Shown here piece after piece: positions 1 to 9,549 of a DNA stretch of 64,000 nt; position 1 is the first letter of the stretch, and each line of letters begins with the position of its first letter. The stretch is taken from positions 416,001 to 480,000 of the forward strand of contig CAXXLQ010000004.1 of NCBI GenBank assembly GCA_963668695.2. Direction: 5' to 3'. Below the pieces are notes generated by a model. It saw only the letters and a program-made list of their open reading frames with translations. It did not search any database and was not told where the DNA came from. The translations under genes were made by a program, and so were the position numbers. This stretch comes from Vicinamibacteria bacterium (GTDB lineage: Bacteria > Acidobacteriota > Vicinamibacteria > Marinacidobacterales > Marinacidobacteraceae).

Positions 1-324
1 AACAACCCGCTCGTCCGCGATCACCAGGCGCTCGCGGGCGTGGAAATCGGGGACGAGCGGCTCGGGGTCGTGGGCGCCCCGGGACCCATGGTCACCGGAG
101 GCGGGCTCGTCTTCTTCACGGGAGGCGCCGACCACCTCTTCGCCATCGACAAGACCACCGGTGAAGAGCTGTGGGCCCACCCGCTCGGAGCCAGTTCCTA
201 CGCGAACCCCATGACCTACGAATCCCCCGAGGGAGTCCAGTTCGTGGTGGTCGCCGTGGGACGCGGCACCGGCAACAAACTGGTCGCGTTCTCGCTCGGC
301 GAGCCGGCCGCCGCCGGTAACTGA
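1..324 (+). CDS. PQQ-dependent (quinoprotein) dehydrogenase, C-terminal part; 5' end outside window
   Basis: Open frame from base 1; motifs GPMVTGGGLVF, LFAIDKTTGEELW, ANPMTY..G.QFVVVA are typical of PQQ beta-propeller C-termini. Confidence 0.8.
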   Translation, partial: NNPLVRDHQALAGVEIGDERLGVVGAPGPMVTGGGLVFFTGGADHLFAIDKTTGEELWAHPLGASSYANPMTYESPEGVQFVVVAVGRGTGNKLVAFSLGEPAAAGN

Positions 325-381
325 GCGGACGGTATCCTTCCGGGTTGCGCCCACCCAGGAGATTTCCCCAGGAGATTCCAC

Positions 382-906
382 ATGCCGCTTCCCCCTCTCT
401 ATGACCCCGACGCCGTTCGCCCCATGTGGGAGGAACTCTCCGACTGCCGGGTGACGCCGCTCCATCATGCCGAAGACGTGGACGAGATGCTGGCGAAGCC
501 CGGAACCGCCCTCGTGGTGGTCAACTCGGTCTGCGGCTGCGCCGCCGGCTCCGCACGGCCCGGCGTCACCATGGCGCTCCAGCACACCCGGATCCCGGAC
601 CAGATGGGGACGGTCTTCGCCGGGGTGGACCGCGATGCGACCGACCGCGCCCGCGGCTACATGACCGACGTCCCGCCGTCGTCCCCGGCCATCGCGCTCT
701 TCAAGGACGGCCAGTTGATCCACATGCTCGAACGGCGGCACATCGAACGGATGGCTCCGGACATGGTCGCGGCCAACCTGACTGCCGCGTTCGAGGCGCA
801 CTGCGAGACCGAGGGACCCTCGGTGCCGCGGGAGGTCTGGGAACGCTCCGCGCGCGAGCGGATGTGCGGCTCGAACGTCCCGATCTTCAACCCCACGTTC
901 CGGTAG
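382..906 (+). CDS. BrxA/BrxB (YphP/YqiW) family bacilliredoxin
   Basis: VVVNSVCGCAAGSARPG CxC motif, VFAGVD, PPSSPAIALFKDG; AGGAG RBS upstream. Confidence 0.9.
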   Translation: MPLPPLYDPDAVRPMWEELSDCRVTPLHHAEDVDEMLAKPGTALVVVNSVCGCAAGSARPGVTMALQHTRIPDQMGTVFAGVDRDATDRARGYMTDVPPSSPAIALFKDGQLIHMLERRHIERMAPDMVAANLTAAFEAHCETEGPSVPREVWERSARERMCGSNVPIFNPTFR

Positions 907-967
907 GGCTGGCCGGTAGCCGCCCCACCGGCCCGGTCGTAAGCCCGTTTCGAGCTTTTCTTCGAAT

Positions 968-1615
968 TTGTCGGGAAACGCGGGATCCGGGCTCCCGGAT
1001 TCGGCGCTGTTCCTGACCGTCGAGGGGGTTGATGGCGCCGGGAAGTCCACGTTGGCCCAGCGTCTCGGCACGCGGCTGCGCCGCGAAGGGCGCCGGGTCA
1101 CGCTGACCCGCGAACCGGGCGGCACCGCCGCCGGGAAAGTCATCCGGCAACTGCTGCTGCACACCGGCGGACCGCTCGCCCCCGAAACCGAACTCGCGCT
1201 CTTTTTCGCGGCCCGGGCGCAGAACATCGCCGAGGTGATCCGCCCGGCGCTCCTCCGGGGCGAGGTGGTGATCTCCGATCGCTTCACCGATTCGACGATC
1301 GCTTACCAGGGCGGGGGCCGGGGTCTGCCGGTGGAACAGATCCTGGCGGTGGACCAGGCGGTCACCGGAGGCTTCCGCCCGCACCTCACGCTGGTGCTGG
1401 ATCTGCCGGTCGCCGCCGGTTTCGCGCGCCTCAAGGGAACCGACCGGATCGAGCAGGAGGCCGAGCGGTTCCACCACCACGTCCGCGAGAGTTTCCTCCG
1501 GATCGCGCGCGAGGAACCGGAGCGGGTCGTCGTGATCCGGGGGTATCAGAGCCCCGACGAAGTGTTCGAGGCGGCCTGGGCAACGGTCGCCGCCCGATCG
1601 GAAAGGAAGGGCTGA
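968..1615 (+). CDS. tmk: thymidylate (dTMP) kinase
   Basis: EGVDGAGKST P-loop, TREPGGT, VISDRF..ST.AYQG; directly upstream of holB. Confidence 0.95.
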   Translation: MSGNAGSGLPDSALFLTVEGVDGAGKSTLAQRLGTRLRREGRRVTLTREPGGTAAGKVIRQLLLHTGGPLAPETELALFFAARAQNIAEVIRPALLRGEVVISDRFTDSTIAYQGGGRGLPVEQILAVDQAVTGGFRPHLTLVLDLPVAAGFARLKGTDRIEQEAERFHHHVRESFLRIAREEPERVVVIRGYQSPDEVFEAAWATVAARSERKG

Positions 1616-1619
1616 CGCG

Positions 1620-2720
1620 GTGTCCGGGTTTCCGATCCCCGCGCCGTTCCCGCGGTTGGCCGGGCTTGCCGCGAGCGGCCGGCTGCCGCAAAGCCTCCTG
1701 CTGAGCGGGCCTTCCGGCGCCCCCACGGTGGAGGCGGCGATCGCGCTCTCGGCCATCGTGAACAGTTCCGACCGGGACCCGGAGTCCGAGGCCACCCGCG
1801 TGCTCCACCAACGCATCGTGGGGACGGACTCGGCGTTCCGCACGGGCGGAGAGGCCGGCCGCGGGACCGGTCCGGCGGGCGGGCCCTACCCGGATGTTCG
1901 GATCCTGAGGCCCGAGAGCGGCAAGCCGATCCGGGTGGACGAGGTCCGCCAGGCGATCGCCGCGGTGCGAACCCATCCCTTCGAAGGGCGGCGGCGCGTC
2001 CTGGTGATCGAGGCCGCGGACACCATGAACCCCCCGGCCGCCAACGCGCTCCTCAAGACGCTCGAAGAGCCGCATCCGTGGCTCGGGCTGATTCTTTGCG
2101 CCACCCGGGAGGCGGCGCTCCTCCCCACGATCGTCTCCCGCTGCCAGCGCTGGCGCTTCGCGGCGCCCACCACGCCGGCGGTCGCCGCGCGGCTGCAGGA
2201 GGCGCACGACTACCCGCCGGAAGAAGCGGTGGTCGCCGCGGCCGCCGCCCGCGGCGACCTCGCGCGGGCGCTCGCGCTGCCGCGCGACCGGCTGTTGCCG
2301 CTCGCCGAGGAGGCCGAACGGATGGCCGTGATCGTCGGCCGGGGCATCGCGCCGCCGGCGCGGACGGCGCTGACCGAACGACTCATGAAGGCCTCTCCCC
2401 GCAGCCGGAAGGCGGGCCACATCGATGAACTGCAGACCGTTCTGGTGCTGCTCCGCGCCACCCTTCGCGATCTGGCGGCTCTTTGTTCCGAGAGCGCGGC
2501 GGTCTCCGGCGATGCCGGACACCTGCGGAAGATCGCCGAACTCGCGCCCGGGAGCGCTTTCGCGGAGGCGCTGCTCCTCGTCGAGGAGACCGACCGCAAC
2601 ATGTACCGCTCCTACGGCAACAAGCGGATGCAGCTCGACGCACTCCTGCTCGCCTTCAACGAGATCGCCCGGCCGTTGGTGGTTGCGCGGCTGCGCGCCC
2701 AGCGGGCTTCGCGGGGCTAG
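1620..2720 (+). CDS. holB: DNA polymerase III subunit delta'
   Basis: YPDVRIL, IRVDEVR, AANALLKTLEEP, LLPTIVSRCQ; tmk-holB synteny. Confidence 0.88.
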   Translation: MSGFPIPAPFPRLAGLAASGRLPQSLLLSGPSGAPTVEAAIALSAIVNSSDRDPESEATRVLHQRIVGTDSAFRTGGEAGRGTGPAGGPYPDVRILRPESGKPIRVDEVRQAIAAVRTHPFEGRRRVLVIEAADTMNPPAANALLKTLEEPHPWLGLILCATREAALLPTIVSRCQRWRFAAPTTPAVAARLQEAHDYPPEEAVVAAAAARGDLARALALPRDRLLPLAEEAERMAVIVGRGIAPPARTALTERLMKASPRSRKAGHIDELQTVLVLLRATLRDLAALCSESAAVSGDAGHLRKIAELAPGSAFAEALLLVEETDRNMYRSYGNKRMQLDALLLAFNEIARPLVVARLRAQRASRG

Positions 2721-2935
2721 CAGCCTGTGGTGAAACCCAGGCGGCCCAGTTCTCCCGGTGGGGGCTCGCCCGGCGATCCATCCCGGCTGAACCACTCCGC
2801 TTCGCTCCGTTCTGCGTTGCGTTTCGGTCGAAATACACCAGGTATTCCTCCCTCACGCGCCTTGTCAGCCGGGCCCCCACCGGGAGAACTGGGCCTCACC
2901 GGGCTCGGCGCTCACCCGGGTTCCACCACAGGCTG
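2721..2935. mobile_element. MITE copy A (179-bp core plus two 20-mer insertions)
   Basis: TIRs CAGCCTGTGGTGAAACCC / GGGTTCCACCACAGGCTG; flanks CTAG/CTAA; inserted at the holB TAG stop. Confidence 0.85.
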
Positions 2936-3115
2936 CTAAGGCACCGCCGACAACCCGGACGGCGCGCGACAGCGGAGCGCCAGCCTCTGAGCTTGCCCCG
3001 GTTGATCGGACCAGTAGGAATGGCCGAAACGCCGGTGACATGATCCGCAACCCCAAGAAACTGCGGTCGTAATCCCCGCAGACACAAGCGCCTCACCCGC
3101 CAGGAGACCCGCCCC

Positions 3116-3673
3116 ATGATGACCGTCCTCTCCCTCTGGCTGCCGATCCTCATCGCGGCCGTCCTCGTGTTCATCGCCAGTTCGGTGATCCACATGGTGC
3201 TGGGCTTCCACAAGAAGGACATGGGGGCGATTCCCGACGAGCGCCGGGTCGCCGACGCGCTGCGGCCGTTCCAGATCCCGCCCGGCGACTACGCGATGCC
3301 CCACGGCGCGGACGCGAAAGAAATGGCGTCCCCCGAATTCATCCAGAAGACCAAGGAGGGACCGGTGGCGATCCTGACCGTGCTTCCGAACGAACCCATG
3401 AATATGGGCAAAAGCCTCGGGATGTGGTTCGGCTATTCGCTGGTCGTCGGGGGCTTCGCCGCCTACGTGGCGGGGATGACCCTCGGAATCGGGGCGGCGT
3501 ACGGCGACGTGTTCCGGGTGGTCGCCGCGGTCAGCTTCGCCGGGTATTCGCTCGCCATCCTGCAGGCTTCCATCTGGTGGGGACGGAGCTGTGGTTACAC
3601 GCTGCGCACGATGGCGGACGGCTTGGTCTACGCGCTGCTCACCGGGGGCGTCTTCGGCTGGCTCTGGCCGTAG
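3116..3673 (+). CDS. hypothetical membrane protein
   Basis: 185 aa, several hydrophobic segments, AGGAG RBS. Confidence 0.75.
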   Translation: MMTVLSLWLPILIAAVLVFIASSVIHMVLGFHKKDMGAIPDERRVADALRPFQIPPGDYAMPHGADAKEMASPEFIQKTKEGPVAILTVLPNEPMNMGKSLGMWFGYSLVVGGFAAYVAGMTLGIGAAYGDVFRVVAAVSFAGYSLAILQASIWWGRSCGYTLRTMADGLVYALLTGGVFGWLWP

Positions 3674-3751
3674 GTACTCCTGTACCCCACCGCCGGCTTC
3701 CTCGGCTGGCGGTGGCCGTCGCCGACGCTTCGCTCATGATCCGCTGACCGG

Positions 3752-4789
3752 ATGAGGAAGCACGCTTACCGGGTCGTCACGACCCTGCTGACGGCGCTGG
3801 GTCTCGGGGCCCTGTTTTCCCTCCGTTTCGTTGGTCTCTACAGCCACCAGGCGCTCGCGCTCGTGCTGCTGCTCGGCTCCGTCTGGGCGATCGCGAGCCG
3901 AATCTGGTGGGCGCGGAAGGGGCGCCTTCATCCGGGGCTGCTGCGGGGACTTCGTGGATCCGAGAATCGGCCCTACTTCGTCCAGGCGGTGGGGCGGGCG
4001 AGCTTCTGGGCGGCGGCCGCCGTCGCGTGCATCGCGGTTTTCCCCCGGTCGGCGGAGTTGACCACCCTGCTCGCCGGGATGATCGTCGTCGGCCTGCTTC
4101 GGGTCGCGGCATCCTTCCTCGTCCCGCGCCGGACGAACGCCGGGGCCACCCTCGTCATGGCGGCCGGCGCCCTGGTCCTGGCATTCGATCTTGGTCGCGC
4201 CTTTGTCGGGGGACCGGCCGCCGCACTACAGATCGCTCCCCCGTTCGCGGGGGAGTGGCTCGTGTTGCAGGGTGGTAACAGTCCCCTGCAGAGCCACCAT
4301 CTCGCGGCCTACAACCAGCGGTTCGCCCTCGATCTCGTCCGGTTGGAAGACGGCCGGATTTTCACCGGCGATCCGGGCGATGCGAATGCGACGGTCCATA
4401 GCTGGGAGCAGCCGCTGGTGTCGCCCGCGGACGGTACGGTGGTCGTCGCCCGCGACGAGATGGAAGACGCAGGCGGCGCGAACTTCGTGACCGAGCTCGC
4501 CGACGCGGCGGGGAACGTCATCGTCATCGAACTCGACACCGGTTTCTTCGTCCTCCTTGCGCATCTCCGGCACGGGACGCTCCGGGTCAGCGAAGGCGAC
4601 CGGGTCCGGAAGGGAGATCCGCTGGCGCTCGCCGGAAACTCGGGGAACACGACGATGCCGCACCTTCATCTCCAGGTGCAGACCCACCCTGACCTTTGGG
4701 ACCCCGACAACCGCTCGGTGCCCTTCGGATTCGGGCCCGACGGCCGGGTCCTGGCGCGCAACGATCGCGTCGGCGCGCCAGTCCCCTAG
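3752..4789 (+). CDS. M23 family metallopeptidase with N-terminal transmembrane domain
   Basis: H....QRFALD, LLAHL, GNSGNTTMPHLHLQ. Confidence 0.85.
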   Translation: MRKHAYRVVTTLLTALGLGALFSLRFVGLYSHQALALVLLLGSVWAIASRIWWARKGRLHPGLLRGLRGSENRPYFVQAVGRASFWAAAAVACIAVFPRSAELTTLLAGMIVVGLLRVAASFLVPRRTNAGATLVMAAGALVLAFDLGRAFVGGPAAALQIAPPFAGEWLVLQGGNSPLQSHHLAAYNQRFALDLVRLEDGRIFTGDPGDANATVHSWEQPLVSPADGTVVVARDEMEDAGGANFVTELADAAGNVIVIELDTGFFVLLAHLRHGTLRVSEGDRVRKGDPLALAGNSGNTTMPHLHLQVQTHPDLWDPDNRSVPFGFGPDGRVLARNDRVGAPVP

Positions 4790-6606
4790 CGCGGCGTTAC
4801 CGCCGCGCCCCGTCCCGACGACGATCCCGCCGGAATGATGGGCAGGATGACCTTCGAGGGATGCTCGGCATCGTGATAGATGCTGTTCTCCGCAACCACC
4901 ACCGGCATGTCCTCGTCCATCTCCCTGCCGGTGTTCCCGTTGGGATACCACTTCGGGAACGAGCTGCTCGACACCGTCAACCGGATGCGGTGGCCCGCCT
5001 TGAAGAGGTTCGAGATGGGATACATCTCGATGGCGAACTTGTAGACCTCGCCGGGGGTCATCAGGACCGGCGCCTCGTCGCCTTCCCGATAGCGCGCGCG
5101 CAGGATGTTCTGACGGAGCGTCAGCGAGTAGCCGTCCGGGAACACGTCGGTTAGCGTCACTGTCCAGTCGGTGTCGACCGCGCTGGACGAGGCATAGAGC
5201 TCCACGGTCGGCAGACCGGTGACTTCGGTGTCTTCTTCAAGCACGGGTGTCGTGAAGGTCAGGCTCCGGCGGTCGGCCGGCCGATTGTCTTGTGCCCCGT
5301 TGGGCTGGATGAACAGATCGCCGCCAATCGACGCCACCGGGTCGCGGGGGTCGTAGGTGTAGGTGTCGGCCGCCTCTTCTCCCGGCGGTTCGAGCGAGAG
5401 GGTGCCGTCGTTGAGCGAGTCGACCAAACCGGTCTTTTCGGCCCGGAAGAAGTAGTCCGTTCGCACCTCGCGGGCCAGCGGGTACTCGTGCTCGGCGCGC
5501 CAGGTGTTGGCGCCCATGATGAAGAGGCTCACCGCCGGCTCGTCCATGATGCCGTTGTCGATCCCCTTCAGGTGATAGTCGAACCACCTCAGGCGCAACC
5601 CGTTGTAGTCGATGGCCGCTTCGGGGCCGAAGTCGAGATCGCCGATCACCCGGGCGGTGATGAGACCGGCTCCGTGGAGCCAGGGCCCGGCGAACAGCTT
5701 CTGGCTGTCGCGGGCGCGCGGCCCGCCCTGGGCCTTGATGCCGTTGAAGTGCTTGACCTGCGAGTGCGGATAGCGGTCGTACCAGCTTGCGTAGTGGAGG
5801 ATCGGGACATCGATCTTGTCCCACTGCTCGTCGACCGCGTACTGCCGCCAGTAGTCGTTGTAGTACGGGTTGTCGATCATGTCCGTCATCATCGTCGTGA
5901 TCATGCTGTTGGCCATCGGCGAGCGGGTCTCGAGACGCCGCTCGTGCCACCTCCGCCAGGCGTCGTCACCGCCGACGTAGCCTGTCCGCCGTCCGGGTTC
6001 GTCGAGCGGCACCGGCTGGACCATCTCGTTCTGCGATAGCAGCCAGGTGGGCATGATCATGTGGAGCGCGCCGCCCGCCCAGTAGAGGTCCTTGTAGGCG
6101 TTCGACGCCGAGTGCGCGCAGAACATCGCGGACAGGTGCGGCGGCCGGGTCGGCGCCGTCAGGTACTGGTTGAAGCAGGTGAACGAGAGCCCCATGGTCC
6201 CGACCTTCCCGGTGGACCAGGGCTGGGTGCCCGCCCACTCGATCGTGTCGTAGCCGTCCTGGCGCTCGTGCCACGCCTCGTCGAGCAGCCAGTAGTAGAC
6301 GCCCTCCGAGTTGTAGCGGCCGCGCTCGTCCTGGACGATCGCCACGTAGCCGCGCTCGGCGAAGTAGGGCGCGAACCGGTGCTCGCAGCCGCCCTTGTTG
6401 TACGGCGTGCGCTCGAGGATGACGGGGAACGGGCCGTCGCCCTGATTGACCGGCATGTAGACGTCCGCGGCCAGCTTGGTGCCGTCCCGCATCGGGACCA
6501 TCACCTCTTCGCAGTTGTAGGGCTGGGCCACGGCGCTGCCGGCAGCAAGCAGGGCGAGCATGAATACGCCCAGCGCGATCGCGATCGGGCGGCTATTTGA
6601 AAGCAT
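4786..6606 (-). CDS. CocE/NonD family hydrolase, secreted
   Basis: Signal peptide, VPMRDGTKLAADVY, ERTPY, QDERGRYNSEG, GTMGLSF, GPWLH, C-terminal SSSFPKW. Confidence 0.9.
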   Translation of the reverse strand: MLSNSRPIAIALGVFMLALLAAGSAVAQPYNCEEVMVPMRDGTKLAADVYMPVNQGDGPFPVILERTPYNKGGCEHRFAPYFAERGYVAIVQDERGRYNSEGVYYWLLDEAWHERQDGYDTIEWAGTQPWSTGKVGTMGLSFTCFNQYLTAPTRPPHLSAMFCAHSASNAYKDLYWAGGALHMIMPTWLLSQNEMVQPVPLDEPGRRTGYVGGDDAWRRWHERRLETRSPMANSMITTMMTDMIDNPYYNDYWRQYAVDEQWDKIDVPILHYASWYDRYPHSQVKHFNGIKAQGGPRARDSQKLFAGPWLHGAGLITARVIGDLDFGPEAAIDYNGLRLRWFDYHLKGIDNGIMDEPAVSLFIMGANTWRAEHEYPLAREVRTDYFFRAEKTGLVDSLNDGTLSLEPPGEEAADTYTYDPRDPVASIGGDLFIQPNGAQDNRPADRRSLTFTTPVLEEDTEVTGLPTVELYASSSAVDTDWTVTLTDVFPDGYSLTLRQNILRARYREGDEAPVLMTPGEVYKFAIEMYPISNLFKAGHRIRLTVSSSSFPKWYPNGNTGREMDEDMPVVVAENSIYHDAEHPSKVILPIIPAGSSSGRGAAVTPR

Positions 6607-6767
6607 GGGTCTCCTCCACTCAGTCGAGTCGGTTACTGATTTCGCAGCCTACGGGCAGCCTTCGAGCCTGTCAATCGGGGATGGCGCGGAACCGCCGATT
6701 TCGATCGCAGGTAGCGCCACCGCGAAGGGAACACCGATCTTCAGACAAGCATGGTGGCGCGGAGGCT

Positions 6768-6875
6768 GGGAACGCCGGTCTTCAGACCGGCATCGCCCGC
6801 GCAGCGGGCGAAACTCCCTCCGCCACTCACCCTCACGGGACGCAGGCACGCGAACGCCGACCTCCAGTCGGCACC
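6768..6875. repeat. REP-like GC hairpin cluster
   Basis: GGGAACGCCGGTCTTCAGACCGGCA, a second hairpin ending GAAACTCCC, and GAACGCCGACCTCCAGTCGGCA; homologous units recur intergenically. Confidence 0.7.
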
Positions 6876-6915
6876 GCCAGCCGGAGGCTGGCGGAACGCA
6901 TATCGCTCTTCATCC

Positions 6916-8035
6916 GACGCATGCTCAGGCCGACCGATCCCGGGATTGACGCATGCTCGGGTCAACCGGCTCCGGGATAGACGCATGCTCAGGCCGACCG
7001 ATCCCGGTATTGACGCATGCCCGGGTCAACCGGCTCCGGGATAGACGCATGCTCAGGCCGACCGATCCCGGAATTGACGCATGCTCGGGTCAACCGGATA
7101 GACGCCGGGATATCCCGAGCCGGCCGACCCGGGACGCATGCTCAGGCCGACCGATCCCGGAATTGACGCATGCTTGAGCCGGCCGACCCCGGAATAGACG
7201 CATGCCCGGGTCAACCGGCTCCGGGATAGACGCATGCTCAGGCCGACCGATCCCGGGATAGACGCATGCTTGGGCCAGCCGACCCCGGAATAGACGCATG
7301 CCCGGGTCAACCGGCTCCGGGATAGACGCATGCTCAGGCCGACCGATCCCGGGATAGACGCATAGAGCCGACCCCGGAATAGACGCATGCCCGGGTCAAC
7401 CGGCTCCGGGATAGACGCATGCTCAGGCCGACCGATCCCGGAAGACGCATGCTTGGGCCGCCGACCCCGAAATAGACGCATGCCCGGGTCAACCGGCTCC
7501 GGGATAGACGCATGCTAGGCCGACCGATCCCGCATAGACGCATGCTTGGTCAACCGACCGATAGACGCATGCCCGGACCGATCCCGGACGCATGCTTGGG
7601 CCGGCCGACCCCCACCGGCTCCGGAATAGACGCATGCCAGCCGGATCGCCGACGATCCGGAATAGACGCATGCCCGGGTCAACCGGCTCCGGAATAGACG
7701 CATGCCCGAAATAGACGCATGCCCGGATCGACCGACCCCGAAATAGACGCATGCCCGGGTCAACCGGCTCCGGAAATAGACGCATGCCTCGGGCTCGACC
7801 GACCCCGAAATAGACGCATGCCCGGGATCAACCGCTCCGAAATAGACGCATGCCCGGGTCAACCGACCCCGAAATAGACGCATGCCCGGCCGGCCGACCC
7901 CGGAATAGACGCATGCCCGGGTCAACCGGCTCCGAAATAGACGCACCAACCCCCGGAATGGAGCGCATCCGCCGGCCCCGCTCCGAAATAGACGCATGCA
8001 GCCGAGTTGCCCGGTCAACCGGCTCCGAAATAGAC
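6916..8035. repeat. 32-bp minisatellite, about 35 units, core (ATA)GACGCATGC, with higher-order variants
   Basis: Cores at 6916, 6948, 6980, 7012, 7044, 7076 and onward; three related inter-core variants; degenerate after about 7520. Confidence 0.92.
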
Positions 8036-9409
8036 AGCGTGGAGTTCCGCGGCCAGCGTGGAGTTCACGCCCAGACCCCGAAGCGTGGAGACGCAGCGTG
8101 GAGTTCCCGCCAACAGACCCCGGCACAGCGTGGAGTTCCGCGGCTCACAGCGTGGAGTTCACGCCAACAGATCCCGCTCCAGAAATGGAGTTCCGCATGC
8201 CAGCGTGGAGTTCCGCGACCCCGACAGCGTGGAGTTCACGCCAACAGATCCCGCTACAGCGTGGAGTTCCGCGGCTTCAGCGTGGAGTTCACGCCGGCAG
8301 ACCCCGCTACAGCGTGGAGTTCCGCGGCTTCAGCGTGGAGTTCCCGCCAACAGATCCCGCTACAGCGTGGAGTTCCGCGGCTTCAGCGTGGAGTTCACGC
8401 CAACAGATCCCGCTACAGCGTGGAGTTCCGCGGCTTCAGCGTGGAGTTCCCGCCAACAGATCCCGCTACAGCGTGGAGTTCCGCGGCTTCAGCGTGGAGT
8501 TCCCGCCAACAGACCCCGCTACAGCGTGGAGTTCCGCGGCTTCAGCGTGGAGTTCCCGCCAACAGATCCCGCTACAGCGTGGAGTTCCGCGGCTTCAGCG
8601 TGGAGTTCCCGCCAACAGATCCCGCTACAGCGTGGAGTTCCGCGGCTTCAGCGTGGAGTTCCCGCCAACAGATCCCGCTACAGCGTGGAGTTCCGCGGCT
8701 TCAGCGTGGAGTTCACGCCAGCAGACCCCGCCAGAGCGTGGAGTCCGCATCCGCCTGTCAAGCGACAGATAAAACTGGGCCACCGGCGACAGATAAAACT
8801 GGGCCACCCCGAAGGGTCCGGGACGTTCATCGCGTTGTCTCTGGCTGGTTCCCCGTTGTGCGCTCGGCGGAGGAGGAGAGGACGCTGAGGAGCCCGGAAG
8901 CGTCCGCCGCCACGACTTCCAGAACCGCCGGAGCCGAGCCCTCCGATCCGGCCGGCCGGCGAGGGCGTCGACCGGCACTTCCGCACGTCGCGTCCGACGA
9001 ACATTCTGAACCTCGGGCAGAATCCCGCCAGTCGGAAACAACGAGCCAGCAGCCAGCAGCCGCGGCCCCCGAGGATGACCAGGACGCCCGCTTCGAGGGC
9101 CTTCCCAAGGTGTTCATCCGCAATGCCGCCGCGGTCGGGCCTCGGCCGCACCCGGAAGCCCTGCGCGCGCTGATCCTCGACATCTGCCGCCACCGCGACT
9201 GGACCACCCCGGCCGAACTCGCTCGCTGGTTTGACATGCACCGGCGGAGCCTCGCGAACCGCTACATCCGGCCGCTCCTGGAGGCCGGGATGCTGGAGCG
9301 GCAGTTTCCGGACAGCCCGAACACCCCGAAACAGGCGTACCGGACGCGGCGCGAAGACCCAGCGCTGTCCGAGGCCGGCACGGGCAGGCTCTCGATTCCG
9401 GAGGATTGA
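7850..9409 (+). CDS. repeat-spanning ORF ending in a winged-HTH domain (Fic/RecG-C-terminal type); true start uncertain, possibly a gene remnant
   Basis: C-terminal LILDICRHRDWTTPAELARWFDMHRRSLANRYIRPLLEAGMLERQFPDSPNTPKQAYRT; the N-terminal part is translated repeat. Confidence 0.5.
   Translation: MPGSTDPEIDACPAGRPRNRRMPGSTGSEIDAPTPGMERIRRPRSEIDACSRVARSTGSEIDSVEFRGQRGVHAQTPKRGDAAWSSRQQTPAQRGVPRLTAWSSRQQIPLQKWSSACQRGVPRPRQRGVHANRSRYSVEFRGFSVEFTPADPATAWSSAASAWSSRQQIPLQRGVPRLQRGVHANRSRYSVEFRGFSVEFPPTDPATAWSSAASAWSSRQQTPLQRGVPRLQRGVPANRSRYSVEFRGFSVEFPPTDPATAWSSAASAWSSRQQIPLQRGVPRLQRGVHASRPRQSVESASACQATDKTGPPATDKTGPPRRVRDVHRVVSGWFPVVRSAEEERTLRSPEASAATTSRTAGAEPSDPAGRRGRRPALPHVASDEHSEPRAESRQSETTSQQPAAAAPEDDQDARFEGLPKVFIRNAAAVGPRPHPEALRALILDICRHRDWTTPAELARWFDMHRRSLANRYIRPLLEAGMLERQFPDSPNTPKQAYRTRREDPALSEAGTGRLSIPED
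8035..8745. repeat. 53-bp (21+32) tandem repeat, core CAGCGTGGAGTTC
   Basis: Regular from 8225 to 8733, cores at 8225, 8257, 8278 ... 8702; alternating linkers CGCGGCTT and MCGCCAACAGAYCCCGCTA. Confidence 0.95.
8756..8809 (+). mobile_element. orphan IS21-family-like terminal sequence
   Basis: Starts TGTCAAG, then two direct copies (24-bp period) of GCGACAGATAAAACTGGGCCACC; no istA/istB follows. Confidence 0.6.
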
Positions 9410-9549
9410 CTCTTGGGCAACCGCACGGCGCAGCACGAAGACTCACAGCGGCGGCGCCGCCATTGCCCCGGTGGGATCGGACTCGGTGCTGCTGAATATC
9501 CAGCGGTCACTGCATAGGTACTCTTCTGGTACCGGCGGAGGCGCCACGC

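Noticed and set aside
2656-2939. Short ORFs inside MITEs (EEYLVYFDRNATQ, FTTGC and QFSRWG peptides)
   Set aside because: They are translations of the repeat and the tag; frames and starts are not conserved among copies.
6916-8745. CRISPR array or TIGR-like guide array
   Set aside because: The cores are only 9-13 bp, and the inter-core sequences are repeated, mutually related variants rather than unique spacers. No cas or Nop-domain gene is nearby.
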